Shown here: positions 51,886 through 63,428 of the stretch, piece after piece
Layout: every line of letters begins with the position of its first letter
Position numbering within the stretch: the first letter of the stretch is position 1
Source: Pristiophorus japonicus
Lineage: Eukaryota
Reading direction: 5' to 3'
Assembly: GCF_044704955.1 (NCBI RefSeq)
Contig: NW_027253510.1
Coordinates: 310,001-374,000, forward strand
Length of the DNA: 64,000 bases
Made by a program: the position numbers and the translations under genes
The notes under the pieces: generated by a model
Databases searched by the model: none
What the model saw: only the letters and a program-made list of their open reading frames with translations
What the model was told of the DNA's origin: nothing

Positions 51886-52229
51886 CCAGGTCCCTCCCCA
51901 GGTCTCCCTTTACCAGTTTCCATGATAGAATCAGACAGCACCAAAGGACACTGATTCGGCCCATTGTACCCGTGCCCACGCCAGCCGGTGAATGAAAAGA
52001 AAAAGAACCTTCTCTTCTATTGGTGAACTTGTTCAAATAAAAGGCAGGGTTCACAACACAGGTTTTCCACATTTTGGATCGGAATCAGTAACTGACAAAT
52101 CGCACTGCTCCAGGATTGCAATCTTTGATCTCCGTCTAACTTGTACTGCCTGGACTGGCCCTTTAAATACCGGGGACACTTTGTAACCTTCAGACCGGTT
52201 TTTAAGTGATTGATATTTTCCCATTAAAG

Positions 52230-52572
52230 GTGCAGTTGTCCCTGTCCTGACCCAGTCTCCAAGCCTAAAACGTGTCACAGAGGGTCACACGGCGCGGTTA
52301 CAGTGCACCATGTGGAACGCCAGAGTGAGCGACACCGATGTCCACTGGTACCGGCAACTACCGGGGCCAGATACGGAGTGGGTTTTAACACGAGGCAAGT
52401 GGCAGCACACGAGGGAGCCCAGGTTCCACTGACCATCTCCAGCCTTCCAGACTCACCTCCAATAACAGCTTCATTCTGACAGTCACAGACGTGCAGCCCA
52501 GTGACACTGCCGCCTATTACTGTAAAATGTGGGGCGATATCAGCGGGAGCGGAACCCAGCTCAATGTAACCA
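52230..52572 (+). pseudogene. Single-exon germline VJ-type Ig V domain (V2), frameshifted (absent from the ORF track)
   Basis: TTTTCCCATTAAAG| acceptor, phase 1. AVVPVLTQSPSLKRVTEGHTARLQCTMWNARVSDTDVHWYRQLPGPDTEWVLT, frameshift at about 52390, then EASGSTRGSPGSTDHLQPSRLTSNNSFILTVTDVQPSDTAAYYCKMWGDISGSGTQLNVT and donor GTAAAT at 52573. Confidence 0.92.
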
Positions 52573-52675
52573 GTAAATACAGTTTGCATTATATTAACCT
52601 GAATAGAAGGAATAACCTCTTACACATGGATTTATTGATCAGTATCTGATTAATATCACAAAAACCGCTGGTAAA

Positions 52676-55468
52676 CTTAATGCAATAAGGTGGACGAATT
52701 AACTGCGCAGATAGATATTAATGGATATGATGTAATTGAGATTACGGAGACATACTCCAGGCTGACCAAGGCTGGGAACTCAATATCCAGGGGTATTCAA
52801 TATTCAGGAAGGATAGACAGGAAGGAAAAGGAGGTGGGGTAGCGTTACTGGTTAAAGAGGAGATTAACGCAATCGTAAGGAAGGACATTAACGTGGATGA
52901 TGTGGAATCTATATGGTAGAGCTGCGAAGAACCAAAGGGCAGAAAACGTTCGTGGGAGTTGTGTACAGGCCATCAAACAGTAGTATGGGGGTTGGGGATG
53001 GCATCAAACAGGAAATTAGGGACGCGTGCAATAAGGTTACAGCAGTTATCATGGGTGAATTTAATCTACATATTGATTGGGCTAACCAAACTGGTAGCAA
53101 TACTGTGGAGGAGGATTTCCTGGAGTGTATAAGGGACGGTTTTCGAGAACAATATGTTGAGGAACCAATGAGAGAGCAGGCCATCCTAGACTGGATTTTG
53201 TGTAATGAGAGAGGATTAATTAGCAATCTGGTCGTGTGAGGCCCCTTGGGGAAGAGTGACCATAATATGGTAGAATTCTTCATTAAGATGGAGAGTGACA
53301 CAGTTAATTCAGAGACTAGGGTTCTGAACTTAAAGAAAGGAAACTTCGACGGTATGAGACGTGAATTGACTAGGATGGACTGGCAACTGATGCTTAAAGG
53401 GTTGATGGTGGATAGGCAATGGCAGACATTTAAAGATCACATGGATGAACTACAACAATTGTACATCCCAGTGTGGCGTAAAAATAAAGGGAAGGTGGCT
53501 CAGCCGTGGCTAACAAGGGAAATTAGGGAAAGTGTTAAATCCAAGGAAGAGGCATATAAATTGGCCAGAAAAAGCAGCAAACCTGAGGACTGGGAGAAAT
53601 TTAATATTCAGCAGAGGAGGACTAAGGGTTTAATTAGGAGGGGGAAAATAGGGTATGAGAGTAAGCTTGCAGGGAACATAAAAACTGACTGCAAAAGCAT
53701 CTACAGATATGTGAAGAGAAAAATATTAGTGAAGACTAATGTAGGTCTCTTGCAGTCAGAATCAGGGGAATCCATAATGGGGGACAAGGAAATGGCAGAC
53801 CAATTGAAAAAATACTTTGTTTCTGTCTTCACTAAGGAAGACACAAATAACCTCCCGAAAATACTATGGGACCGAGGGTCTAGCGAGAAGGGGGAACTGA
53901 GGAAAATCCTTATTAGTCAGGAAATGGTGTTAGGGAAATTGAAGGGATTGAAGGCCAATAAATCCCCAGGTCCTGATTGTCTGCACTCCAGAGTACTTAA
54001 GGAAGTGGCTTTAGAAATAGAAGATGCATTGGTGGTCATTTTCCAACATTCCATGGACTCTGATTCAGTTGCTATGGATTGGAGGGTAGCTAATGTAACA
54101 CCACTTTTTAAAGAAGGAGGGAGAGAAAACAGGGAATTTTCGACTAGTTAGCCTGACATCGGTGGTGGGGAAAATGTTGGAATCAATTATTAAAGATGAA
54201 ATAGCAGCACATTTGGAAAGCAGTGACAGGATCGGTCTAAGTCAGCATGGATTTATGAACGGGAAATCAAGTTTGACAAATCTTCTAGAGCTTCTTGAGG
54301 ATGTAACTAGTAGAGTGGATAAGGGAGAATAAGTGGATGTGATGTATTTGGACTTTCAAAAGGCTTTTGACAATGTCCCACACAATAGATTAGTGTGCAA
54401 AATTAAGGCACATGGTATTGGGGGTAATGTATTGACGTGGATAGAGAAATAGTTGGCAGACAGGATGCAAAGAGTGGGAATAAACGGGTCCTTTTCAGAA
54501 TGGCAGGCAGTGACTCGTGGGGTGCTGCAGGGTTCAATGCTGGGACCCCAGCTATTTACAATATACATTAATGATTTAGACGAAGGAATTGAATGTAATA
54601 TCTCCAAGTTTGCAGATGACACTAAGATGGGTGGCAGAGCGAGCTGCGAAGAGGATGCTAAGAGGCTGCAGGGGACTTGGACAGGTTAGGTGAATGGGCA
54701 AATGTAGTATAATGTGGATAAATGTGAGGTTATCCACTTTGGTGGCAAAAACAGGAAGGTAGATTATTATCTGAATGGTGACAGATTAGTAAAAGAGGAG
54801 GTACAACGAGACCTGGGTCTCATGGTACATCAGTCTTTGAAGTTAGGCAAGCAGGTACAGCAGACAGCAAAGAAAGCAAATGGCATGCTGGTCTTCATAG
54901 CAAGGGGATTTGAGTATAGGAGCAGGGAGGTCTTGCTGCAGTTGTACAGGACCTTGGTGAGACCACACCTTGAGTATTGTGTGCAGTTTTGGTCTCCTAA
55001 TTTGAGGAAGGACGTGCTTGCTATTGAGGAAGTGCAGCGAAGGGTCACCAGACTGATTCCCGGGATCCAGAAGAATGAAGGGAGAATCTCATAGAGACAT
55101 ATAAAATTCTGACGGGACTAGTCAGGTTAGATGCAGGAAGAATGTTCCCAATGTTGGGGAAGTCCAGAACCAGGGGTCACAGTCTAAGGATAAGGGGTAA
55201 GCCATTTAGGACCGAGATGAGGAGAAACTTCTTCACTCAGAGAGTTGTTAACCTGTGGAATTCTCTACCACAGAGAGTTGTTGATGCCAGTTCGTTAGAT
55301 ATATTCAAGAGGGAGTTAGATATGGCCCTAACTGCTAAAGGGGTCAAGGGATATGGAGAGAAAGCAGGAAAGGGGCACTGAGGTGAATGATCAGCCAAGA
55401 TCTTATTGAATGGTGGTGCAGGCTCGAAGGGCCGAATGGCCTACTCCTGCACCTGTTTTCTATGTTAC
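52676..55468 (+). mobile_element. CR1 LINE, almost the whole ORF2, degenerate
   Basis: ORFs 52913-55381 (APE, RT, FADD) and 3' tail. Confidence 0.96.
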
Positions 55469-55492
55469 TATCATTGCTCTGTTCCCTGTCAG

Positions 55493-55535
55493 GCAATGAA
55501 GGAATCGGATCAGTCCATATACAGTGAGCTTAAAG
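55493..55535 (+). pseudogene. Candidate 43-bp cytoplasmic exon AMKESDQSIYSELK with an ITIM (SxYxxL)
   Basis: Acceptor CTCTGTTCCCTGTCAG| and donor AAAG|GTATGT. Only one frame is open and it encodes SIYSEL. Confidence 0.68.
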
Positions 55536-55975
55536 GTATGTTTCTCTCACACTGACAAGGGTAGAGGCAAAGCGTGTGATATCTGTCACTTTTTGTATAA
55601 ATGGTGAAACTGTGGGAAACCTTCACCTAAAATGGATCCATAGCAGCAACACTGCCTGGAATAGACCGAGAGCAATGAGCCCAGTGTGGTAACGGGCCAT
55701 CAGTAGCCCAGTACGGTGATGGATTGAATGTTGTGTGGTGATGAACAGCTTTTACTAAATCATTAACACCCACAGCCGCACACACATAAATCCTCTCCTT
55801 TGTTCACACTGAGTATTGTAACCAGGTTAAAAGTAGCCAGCACATTTCATTTTCTGATTCAACATTTTCCATTGGTTTCAAGGGTTAAGTAAATTATTGG
55901 CTCTGATGTTTTCCAACAAGAGCTATGTCACATTAATTCTGGGAAAACAGACCATAATAATCAAGGGAAAGCTAC

Positions 55976-58900
55976 GTATAGAATCATAGAAATTTACAGC
56001 ATGGAAGGAGGTTATTTTGGCCCATCGTGTCCGCACCGGCCGACCAAGAGCTATCCAGCCTAACCCCACTTTCCAGCTCTTGGAACGTAGCCCTGTAGGT
56101 TACGGCACTTTAAGTGCACATCCAAGTATTTTTAAATGTGGTGAGGGTTCCTGCCTCTACCACCCTTTCAGGCAGAGAGTTTCAGATTCCCACTACCCTC
56201 TGGGTAAAGACATTTCCCCTAATATCTCCTCTAAACCTCCTCCCAATTACTTTAAATCTATGTCCCCTGGTTGTTAACCCCTCTGCAAAGGGAAACAGGT
56301 CCTTCCTATCTATTCTATCTAGGTCCTTCATAATTTTATACACCTCAATCAGGTCTCCCCTCAGCCTCCTCTGTTCCAAAGAAAACAGACCCAGCATCTC
56401 CAATTTTTCCTCAAAGCCAAAATTCTCCAGCCCAGGCAACATTCTTGTAAATCTCCTCTGCACCCTTTCCAGTGCAATCACATCTTTCATAGAAACATAG
56501 AAAATAGGTGCAGGAGTAGGCCACTTGGCCCTTCCAGCCTGCATCACCATTCAAAAAGATCATGGCTGATCATTCACCTCAGTACCCCTTTCCTGCTTTC
56601 TCTCCATATCCCTTGATCCCTTTAGCCGTAAGGGCCAACTCCCTCTTGAATATATCTAACGAACTGGCATCAACAATTCTGTGTGGTAGAGAATTCCACA
56701 GGTTAACAACTCTCTGAGTGAACAGATTTCTCCTCATCTCGGTCCTAAATGGCTTACCCCTTATCCTTACTGTGACCCCTGGTTCTGGACTCCCCCAGCA
56801 TCGGGAACATTCTTCCTGCATCTAACCTGTCCAGTCCCGTCAGAATTTTATATGTTTCTATGAGATCTCCTCTCATCCTTCTAAACTCCAGTGAATAGAG
56901 GCCCAGTCGATCCAGTCTCTCCTCATGTCAGTCCTGCCATCCCAGGAATCAGTCTGGTGAACCTTCGCTCCACTCCCTCAATAGCAAGAACATCCTTCCT
57001 CAGATTAGGAGACCAAAACTGAACACAATATTCTAGGTGAGGCCTCACCAAGGCCCTGTACAACTGCAGTAAGACCTCCCTGCTCCTATACTCAAATCCC
57101 CTCGCTATGAAAGCCAACATGTCATTTGCCTTCTTCACCACCTGCTGTACCTGCATGCCAACTTTCAATGACTGATGTACCATGACACCCAAGTCTCGTT
57201 GCACCTTTTCCTAATCTGCCGCCATTCAGATAATATTCTGCCTTCATGTTTTTGCCACCAAAGTGGCTAACCTCACATTTATCCACATTATACTGCATCT
57301 GCCATGCATTTTCCCACTCACCTAACCTGTCCAAGTCACCCTGCAGCCTCTTAGCATGCTCCTCACAGCTCACACCGCCACCCAGCTTAGTGTCATCTGC
57401 AAACTTGAAGATATTACTCTCAATTCCTTCATGTAAATCATTTATATATATTGTAAATAGCTGGGGTCCCAGCACTGAGCCCTGCGGCACCCCACTAGTC
57501 ACTGCCTGCCATTCAGAAAAGGATCCGTTTAACCCGACTCTCTGCTTTATGTCTGCCAACCAGTTCTCTATCCACGTTAATACATTATCCCAATACCATT
57601 TGCTCTAATTTTGCACACCAATCTCTTGTATGGGACCTTGTCAAAAGCCTTTTGAAAGTCCAAATACACCACATCCACTGGTTCTCCCTTCTCCACTCTA
57701 CTAGTTACATCCTCAAAAAATTCCAGAAGATTTGTCAAGTATGATTTCCCTTTCATAAATCAATGCTGACTTGGCCCGATCCTGTCACTACTTTCCAAAT
57801 GCGCTGCTATTTCATCTTTAATAATTGATTCAAAATTTTCCCCACTACTGATGTCAGGCTAACTGGTCTATAATTACCCGTTTTCTCTCTCTCTCTCCTT
57901 TTGTAAAAAGTGGTGTAACATTAGCTACCCTCCTTTCCTGTAATGGGGTGACAGAACTGCACACAGTACTCCAGCTGCGGCCTAACCTGTGCTTTTACAG
58001 TTCAAGCATAACCTCCTAGCTCTTGTATTCCATGCCTCGACTAACAAGGGCAAATATTCTCTCTGTCTTCTTAACCACCTTATCTACCTGGCCTACTACC
58101 TTTAGGGATCTGTGGACCTGCATTCCAAGGTCCCTTTGTTCCTCTACACTTTTCAGTGTCGTACCAGTTACTGTGTATTCCCTTGCCTTGTTAGACCTCC
58201 CCAAATGCATTACCTCACACTTATCCGGATTGAATCCATTTTCCACTGTTCCAACCGCCTGACCAGTACATTGATATCGCCTTGCAATCCGCAGCTTGCT
58301 TCTTCATTATCAACCACACAGCCTATTTTAGTGTCATCTACAAACCTCTTAATCATACCCCCAACATTCAAGACCAAGTCATTGATATATACCACAAAAA
58401 GCAAGGGACCCAGCACTGAGCCCTGCGGACCCCTACTGGATACAGCCTTCCAGGCACAAAAACACCCATCAACCATTACCCATTGCTTCCTGCCTATGAG
58501 CCAATTTTGGATCCAACTTGCCACTTTGCCCTGGATCCCATGGGCTTTTACTTTCGTGACCAGTCTGTCATGTGGGATCTTATCAAAAACTTTGCTAAAA
58601 TCCATATACACTACATCATACACTCTGTCCTCTTTGACCCTCCTCGTTACCTCCTCAAAAAATTCAATCAAGTAAGTCAGACATGACCTTCCCTTAACCA
58701 ATCCGTGCTGACTATCCTTGATTAATCCCTGTCTTTCCAAATGAAGATTTATCATGTCCCTCAGGATTTTTCCCAACACTGAGTTAAGACTGACTGGCCT
58801 GTAATTACTTGGTCTATCCATTTCTCCCTTTTTAAACAAAGGTACAACATCAGCAATCCTCCAGTCCTCTGGTACCACACCTGTAGCCAGAGAGGATTGG

Positions 58901-59770
58901 AAAATGATGGTCAGAGCCTCTGCTATTTCTTCTTTTGCTTCTCTTAACAGGGATACATTTCATCCGGGCCTGGGGATTTATCCCCTTTCAAAGTTGTTAA
59001 GCCCCTTAATACTTCCTTTCTCACAATGTCTATCTCATCTAATATTTCACACTCCTCCTCCTTCATTGCAAAGTCTTCATCGCTCCTCTCTTTTGTGAAA
59101 ACAGATGCAAAATATTCATTAAGAATCATACCCACATCTTCTGCCTCCACACACAGATTTACTTTATGGTATCTAATAGGCCCCACTCCTTTTCTAGTTA
59201 TCCTCATGCTCTTAATGTATTTATAAAACATCTTTGGGTTGTCCCTGATTCTACTTGCCACGAATGGCAGCAAAACATTCCTGGTTACAGGATTTTCAGA
59301 CGAGATAGAGAGGGGGATAAAAAATGGAAGGGGTACTCGCAATATTGGAAACAATTACAGCTGTGAGGAGGGATAATACGTTAGAAAGATCATCAAATGA
59401 GGCCTTATGGGTTGAACTGAAGAACAAAAAAGGGGCAATCACACTGCTGGGAGTGTACTATAGACCCCCAAATCGTCAGAGGAAGATACAAGAGCAAATA
59501 TAAGCACATTTTTGAGAAGTGCAAAAACAATAGGGGATTTCAACTACCCTAACATGAACTGGGATAGAATCAGTGTAAAACGTACAGAGGGTGCAGAATT
59601 CATAAAATGCATTCAGCAGAACGTTTTTAGTCAGTCGTAGCAAGCCCAACAAGAGAGGGGCGGTTCTGGTCTTAGTTTTATGGAATGATGCTGGACAGAT
59701 GGTAGGGGTATCAGTGGGAGAGCATTTTGGTGTTAGTGATCATAATTCAGTTAGATTTAGTGTAGTTATG
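55976..59770 (-). mobile_element. CR1 LINE (55976-56487 + 57933-59261) with an inverted endonuclease segment (59262-59770, +)
   Basis: ORFs 56182-56550, 58016-58246, 58210-58878 and 58944-59354; + strand NIPGYRIFRRDRE...SDHNSVRF. Confidence 0.85.
56488..57932 (-). mobile_element. Younger CR1 fragment nested in the previous CR1
   Basis: ORFs 57122-57559, 56923-57204 and 56579-56821; tail CATAGAAACATAG at 56488. Confidence 0.93.
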
Positions 59771-59877
59771 GCTGTATGGCTCAGATATGCCCGGGATAAA
59801 CTCAATGTCTGAATTGTCACATTTTACACTAGATTACTGCAGATAACTGTTTTTAATTTTGTTCAAAACAGGCAATA

Positions 59878-60870
59878 TCATCATCATAGGCAGTCCCTCA
59901 AAATCGAGGAAGACTTGCTTCCACTCTAGAAGTGAGTTCTCAGGTGACTGAACAGTCCAATAGGGGAATTACAGTCTCTGTCACAGGTGGGACAGACAGA
60001 CATTGAAGGAAAGAGTGGGTGGGACTGGTTTGCCGCACGCTCCTTCCGCTGCCTGCGCTTGTTTTCTGCACACTCTCGGTGACGAGACTCGAGGTGCTCA
60101 ACGCCCTTCCGGATGCTCTTCCTCCACTTAAGGCAATCTTTGCCCAGGGATTCCCAGGTGTCAGTGGGGATGTTGCACTTTATCAAGGAGGCTTTGAGGG
60201 TGCCCTTGAAATGTTTCCTCTGCCCACCTGGGGCTCACTTGCTGTGTCGGAGTTCAGAGTACAACGCTTGCTTTGGGAGTCTTGTGTCGGACATGCGGAC
60301 AATGTGGCCTGCCCAATGGAGCTGGTCGAATGTGGTCAGTGCTTCGAAGCTGGCCTGATTGACAACACTGATGTTGGTGCGTCTGTCCTCCCAGGAGATT
60401 TGCAGGATCTTGCGGAGACATCGTTGGTGGTATTTCTCCAGCGATTTGAGGTCTCTACTGTATATGGTCCACGTCTCCTGAGCATATAGGAGGGCGGGTA
60501 TCACTACAGCCCTGTAGACCATTTGCCTTCCCAGAAGAAGGTGTAACCTCCACCTTGTTCTTTGATCTGGCCTTCCCCTACTCACCGGATCTGCTTCGGG
60601 CGGCACTGTCGATATCGAAGCCTCTAAGTTCCCGGGCATCGATGGCGGTGCGGCATTCCAGTCTGTCGCTGTTGGGGTTGTCCATGAGGGGCCGGACGTT
60701 CCAAGTCCCAAACTTCATTTGAAGGGTGGAAGATACATGTGCGTGAGTTTTTTTACGGTGGGGTGGCCACCGAACACCGGCTACCACACGGGCTTAGCAG
60801 AGCAAGGTCTTGGTCCAGTGGCAAGGTGGTCTGAGACGATTGGAGACCAGGCACTACTGTATGGGCCTAA
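59878..60870 (-). mobile_element. RTE-clade LINE with a large internal deletion
   Basis: MKFGTWNVRPLMDN joined to VYRAVVIPALLY..ETWT, RLPKQALYSEL and CPTCDRDCNSPIGLFSHLRTH; (TGA)n tail. Confidence 0.92.
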
Positions 60871-60984
60871 TTGTCTATAGTGGGGTGTGAGCTGTAAGCT
60901 CGGCACTGAGCAGTGCCTTCAGGAGAGGTGGTGGGAGATCTGAGGTGTGATGAGGGAATGGGATGAAACATGCTGGGGCCCTGC

Positions 60985-63428
60985 TCCATTTTAGCTTCTC
61001 GAAGGATTGTGGGAGAAGTCAGAGTGGCCGCCACCATTACCCACGCCACATGCCGAACAGGTGCACCAGGCTCGCGCGGCCTCCGTTGTCCCGGAGACGC
61101 TGATGTTTAACTCTCCCTCAGCTGCTCCAGGCTCATGCTGCTGTCTTACGAAGCATCTTACTGCTGTAGTCTCTGGTGGCATCGAGACTGTATCTGCTCT
61201 CATGCAGTCTCAGCTGGATGCCAAGCGAGATCTGACTGTTGCCATCGCGGCTGGGTCCACCACGGTCCACGGGGAACTTCCGGTGTCGTGCCACACCACT
61301 GACCTGTGCTCCAGCTGATTGGTGGGGGTGGTGAGGTGCTGCCCCAGGGGAGTGGAGCAGGCTCCTCAGACCAGGATTCTGATGTGCTCTCTCAGTAGTC
61401 CTGAGCTGAGACCTCTCAGTCCGCCATTGCCATCAAGCATGGAATCGCCCCAGCCAATCCCGACTGAATGCACCGAGGAGAGTGCGGTGCAGTCTGCAGC
61501 TGGCACTCCCAGGGAAAGAGCTGGTCGAGGGCGTCCTAGAAGAACATCTGCAGCTTCTACACCTGAAACACAGCAGCCTTCCCAGACGCATGATGCAGCC
61601 ACAGGCGAGACACTGGGGCATAGTTCAAGAATAGGTTTGTGTAAGAATAAGCAAATGCACAAGGATGATAATTGATGGTGTATGTTTTTTTGCACCATTC
61701 TTTCTTGTGTAATAAATCTTTATTTTGTGTTTCAATATCTGTGCAGGTGTCTCATTTCCCTGTGGGCAATGATGTGTGAGAGGGCTCATTGGGTTGGCCA
61801 TGGAGATGCACAGGTGAAGGGTGAAGTGCGCATGAACTCATCAGAAACGAGCAACAATGAGACGGTTTTGCACTTCCCTTGCAGGGTTTGGATGACGACG
61901 CTGCCTCCAGCTTGGCCAGCGACCCGCATCCTGGTCCTCCTCCTGCACCTCCTCCTCCTTCTGTGCATCGTGCTCCTGTGCCTCCTCCTCCTCCTGGTAC
62001 TGGTACTGGTCCTCCTCCTCCTGGTCCTCCTCCTCAGCTGATACTGGTGCCTCGTCCTCCAATGGTTGTGCCCTCATGATTGCCAGGTTATGAAGCATGC
62101 ATCAGACGACCACGAATAGGGAGACCCGCTCAGGCGAGTACTGGAAGAGTGATCCAGGCAACGGAACCTCTGTTTAAGGATTCTGATGCACTGCTCAATG
62201 AAGCAGCTGGTGGCTGAATGAGAGTCATTGCCGGCTTGCTGCACAGCAGTCCTGGGGTTGTGAAGGGGAGTCAGCAGCCAAGTGCACAGTGGGTAGCCCT
62301 TGTCTCCAAGGACCCAGCCGCAACCTTGGCTTGGTCCAACAAACACGTCAGGCGCACCGCTCTGGCGCTGGATGAAAGCAACGAGGCTGCTGCCAGGATA
62401 CCAGGCATCAGCTGCCATGATTTTGTGGTGGGGTGTCACACACCAGCTGCACATTGAGGGAGTGGAATCCCTTGCAGTTTCTGAAGATCTCGGGATTGTT
62501 CTGTGGTGCCCTCATTGCGACGTGGGTGCAGTCAATGGCACCCTGAACCCTGGGGAAGCCCGCACACCTCACGAATCTGGTCTCCACACCAACTGTTTGT
62601 CCCTGCTCATCGGGAAGGATAACTAGTCCCTCCTTCTCTTATAGAGAGCATCTGTCACTTAATGATGGAGCTACGCGCGGTGAAATGTGAAATGTTCGAG
62701 ATGTCTACTGCAGCAGCTTGGAATGATCAAGTCGCATAGAAATGGAGTGCTATGGTCACCTTGGATGCAACGGTCAGCACTGTCCTCAACTTTGTTCGAG
62801 GCTGGAGGTCTGGCTGCAGGAGATTGCACAGGAATCGAAGTCTCCGGAGACACTGGTCATCCGTCAGGTCCATGTATGAGAACTGCTGTCTGTACACCCT
62901 TGGACGATAGGGCCTTCTCCCTGCCATGTCTATGTTCACGTCTTCCGATGGCAGCTGCCTCATTGCCTTCTCCTTCATGCTCTTGCTGCTCCTCACCCTC
63001 TGCAGCCTGCTGCTGGCAAGCATCTGCCTCCTGTGCACCCTGCCTTCTCTCCATTTCACCCAATATCTGGAGTGGGAGGGTCAGTGCAGAATGCTGCTAC
63101 ATGCAACACGCTTTTAAAGGCTGCTGGTGGTCTTGAGTTAGCACTGTGTACCGACCCAAAAAACTGTCGTTGGCATCGACAGGCGGCTGGAAGACTTTTT
63201 GAATGAATTTACCTTCCGGGGCGGGTCCGATGCGGTGCGTGCTCGGATGACATCGTTAACGACGCATCTGCTGGAGCGGGGCGGATCTTCACAATGCAGC
63301 AAAAACCTTTGAGGGCAATGCCACGAACATCGGCCAGTCCGCCGTGAGTCCCCGGCCATTCCGCGCCGCCCCATAGCCGCTGCTTTCAGGCAGCAAGAGG
63401 CTTTATCGGAAGGGGCAATTTCGGCCCC
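60985..63428 (-). mobile_element. Harbinger element: transposase pseudogene (about 61786-63063, -), convergent accessory-gene 3' remnant (about 60985-61675, +), terminus at 63428
   Basis: [56 protein letters not shown]. Terminus GGGGCCGAAATTGCCCC on the minus strand. Confidence 0.9.

Noticed and set aside
39058-52572. Rearranging Ig/TCR V segments or a standard germline-joined IgL cluster
   Set aside because: No heptamer/nonamer RSS, no nearby leader exon or octamer promoter, no C exon, J motif is Y/S-G-x-G rather than F-G-x-G, and the junction is very short and fixed. Not fully excluded without a phylogeny.
59845-59878. Acceptor-like TTTTGTTCAAAACAG|GCAATA just before the RTE tail
   Set aside because: Only 6 nt follow before the RTE, so no exon can be defined.
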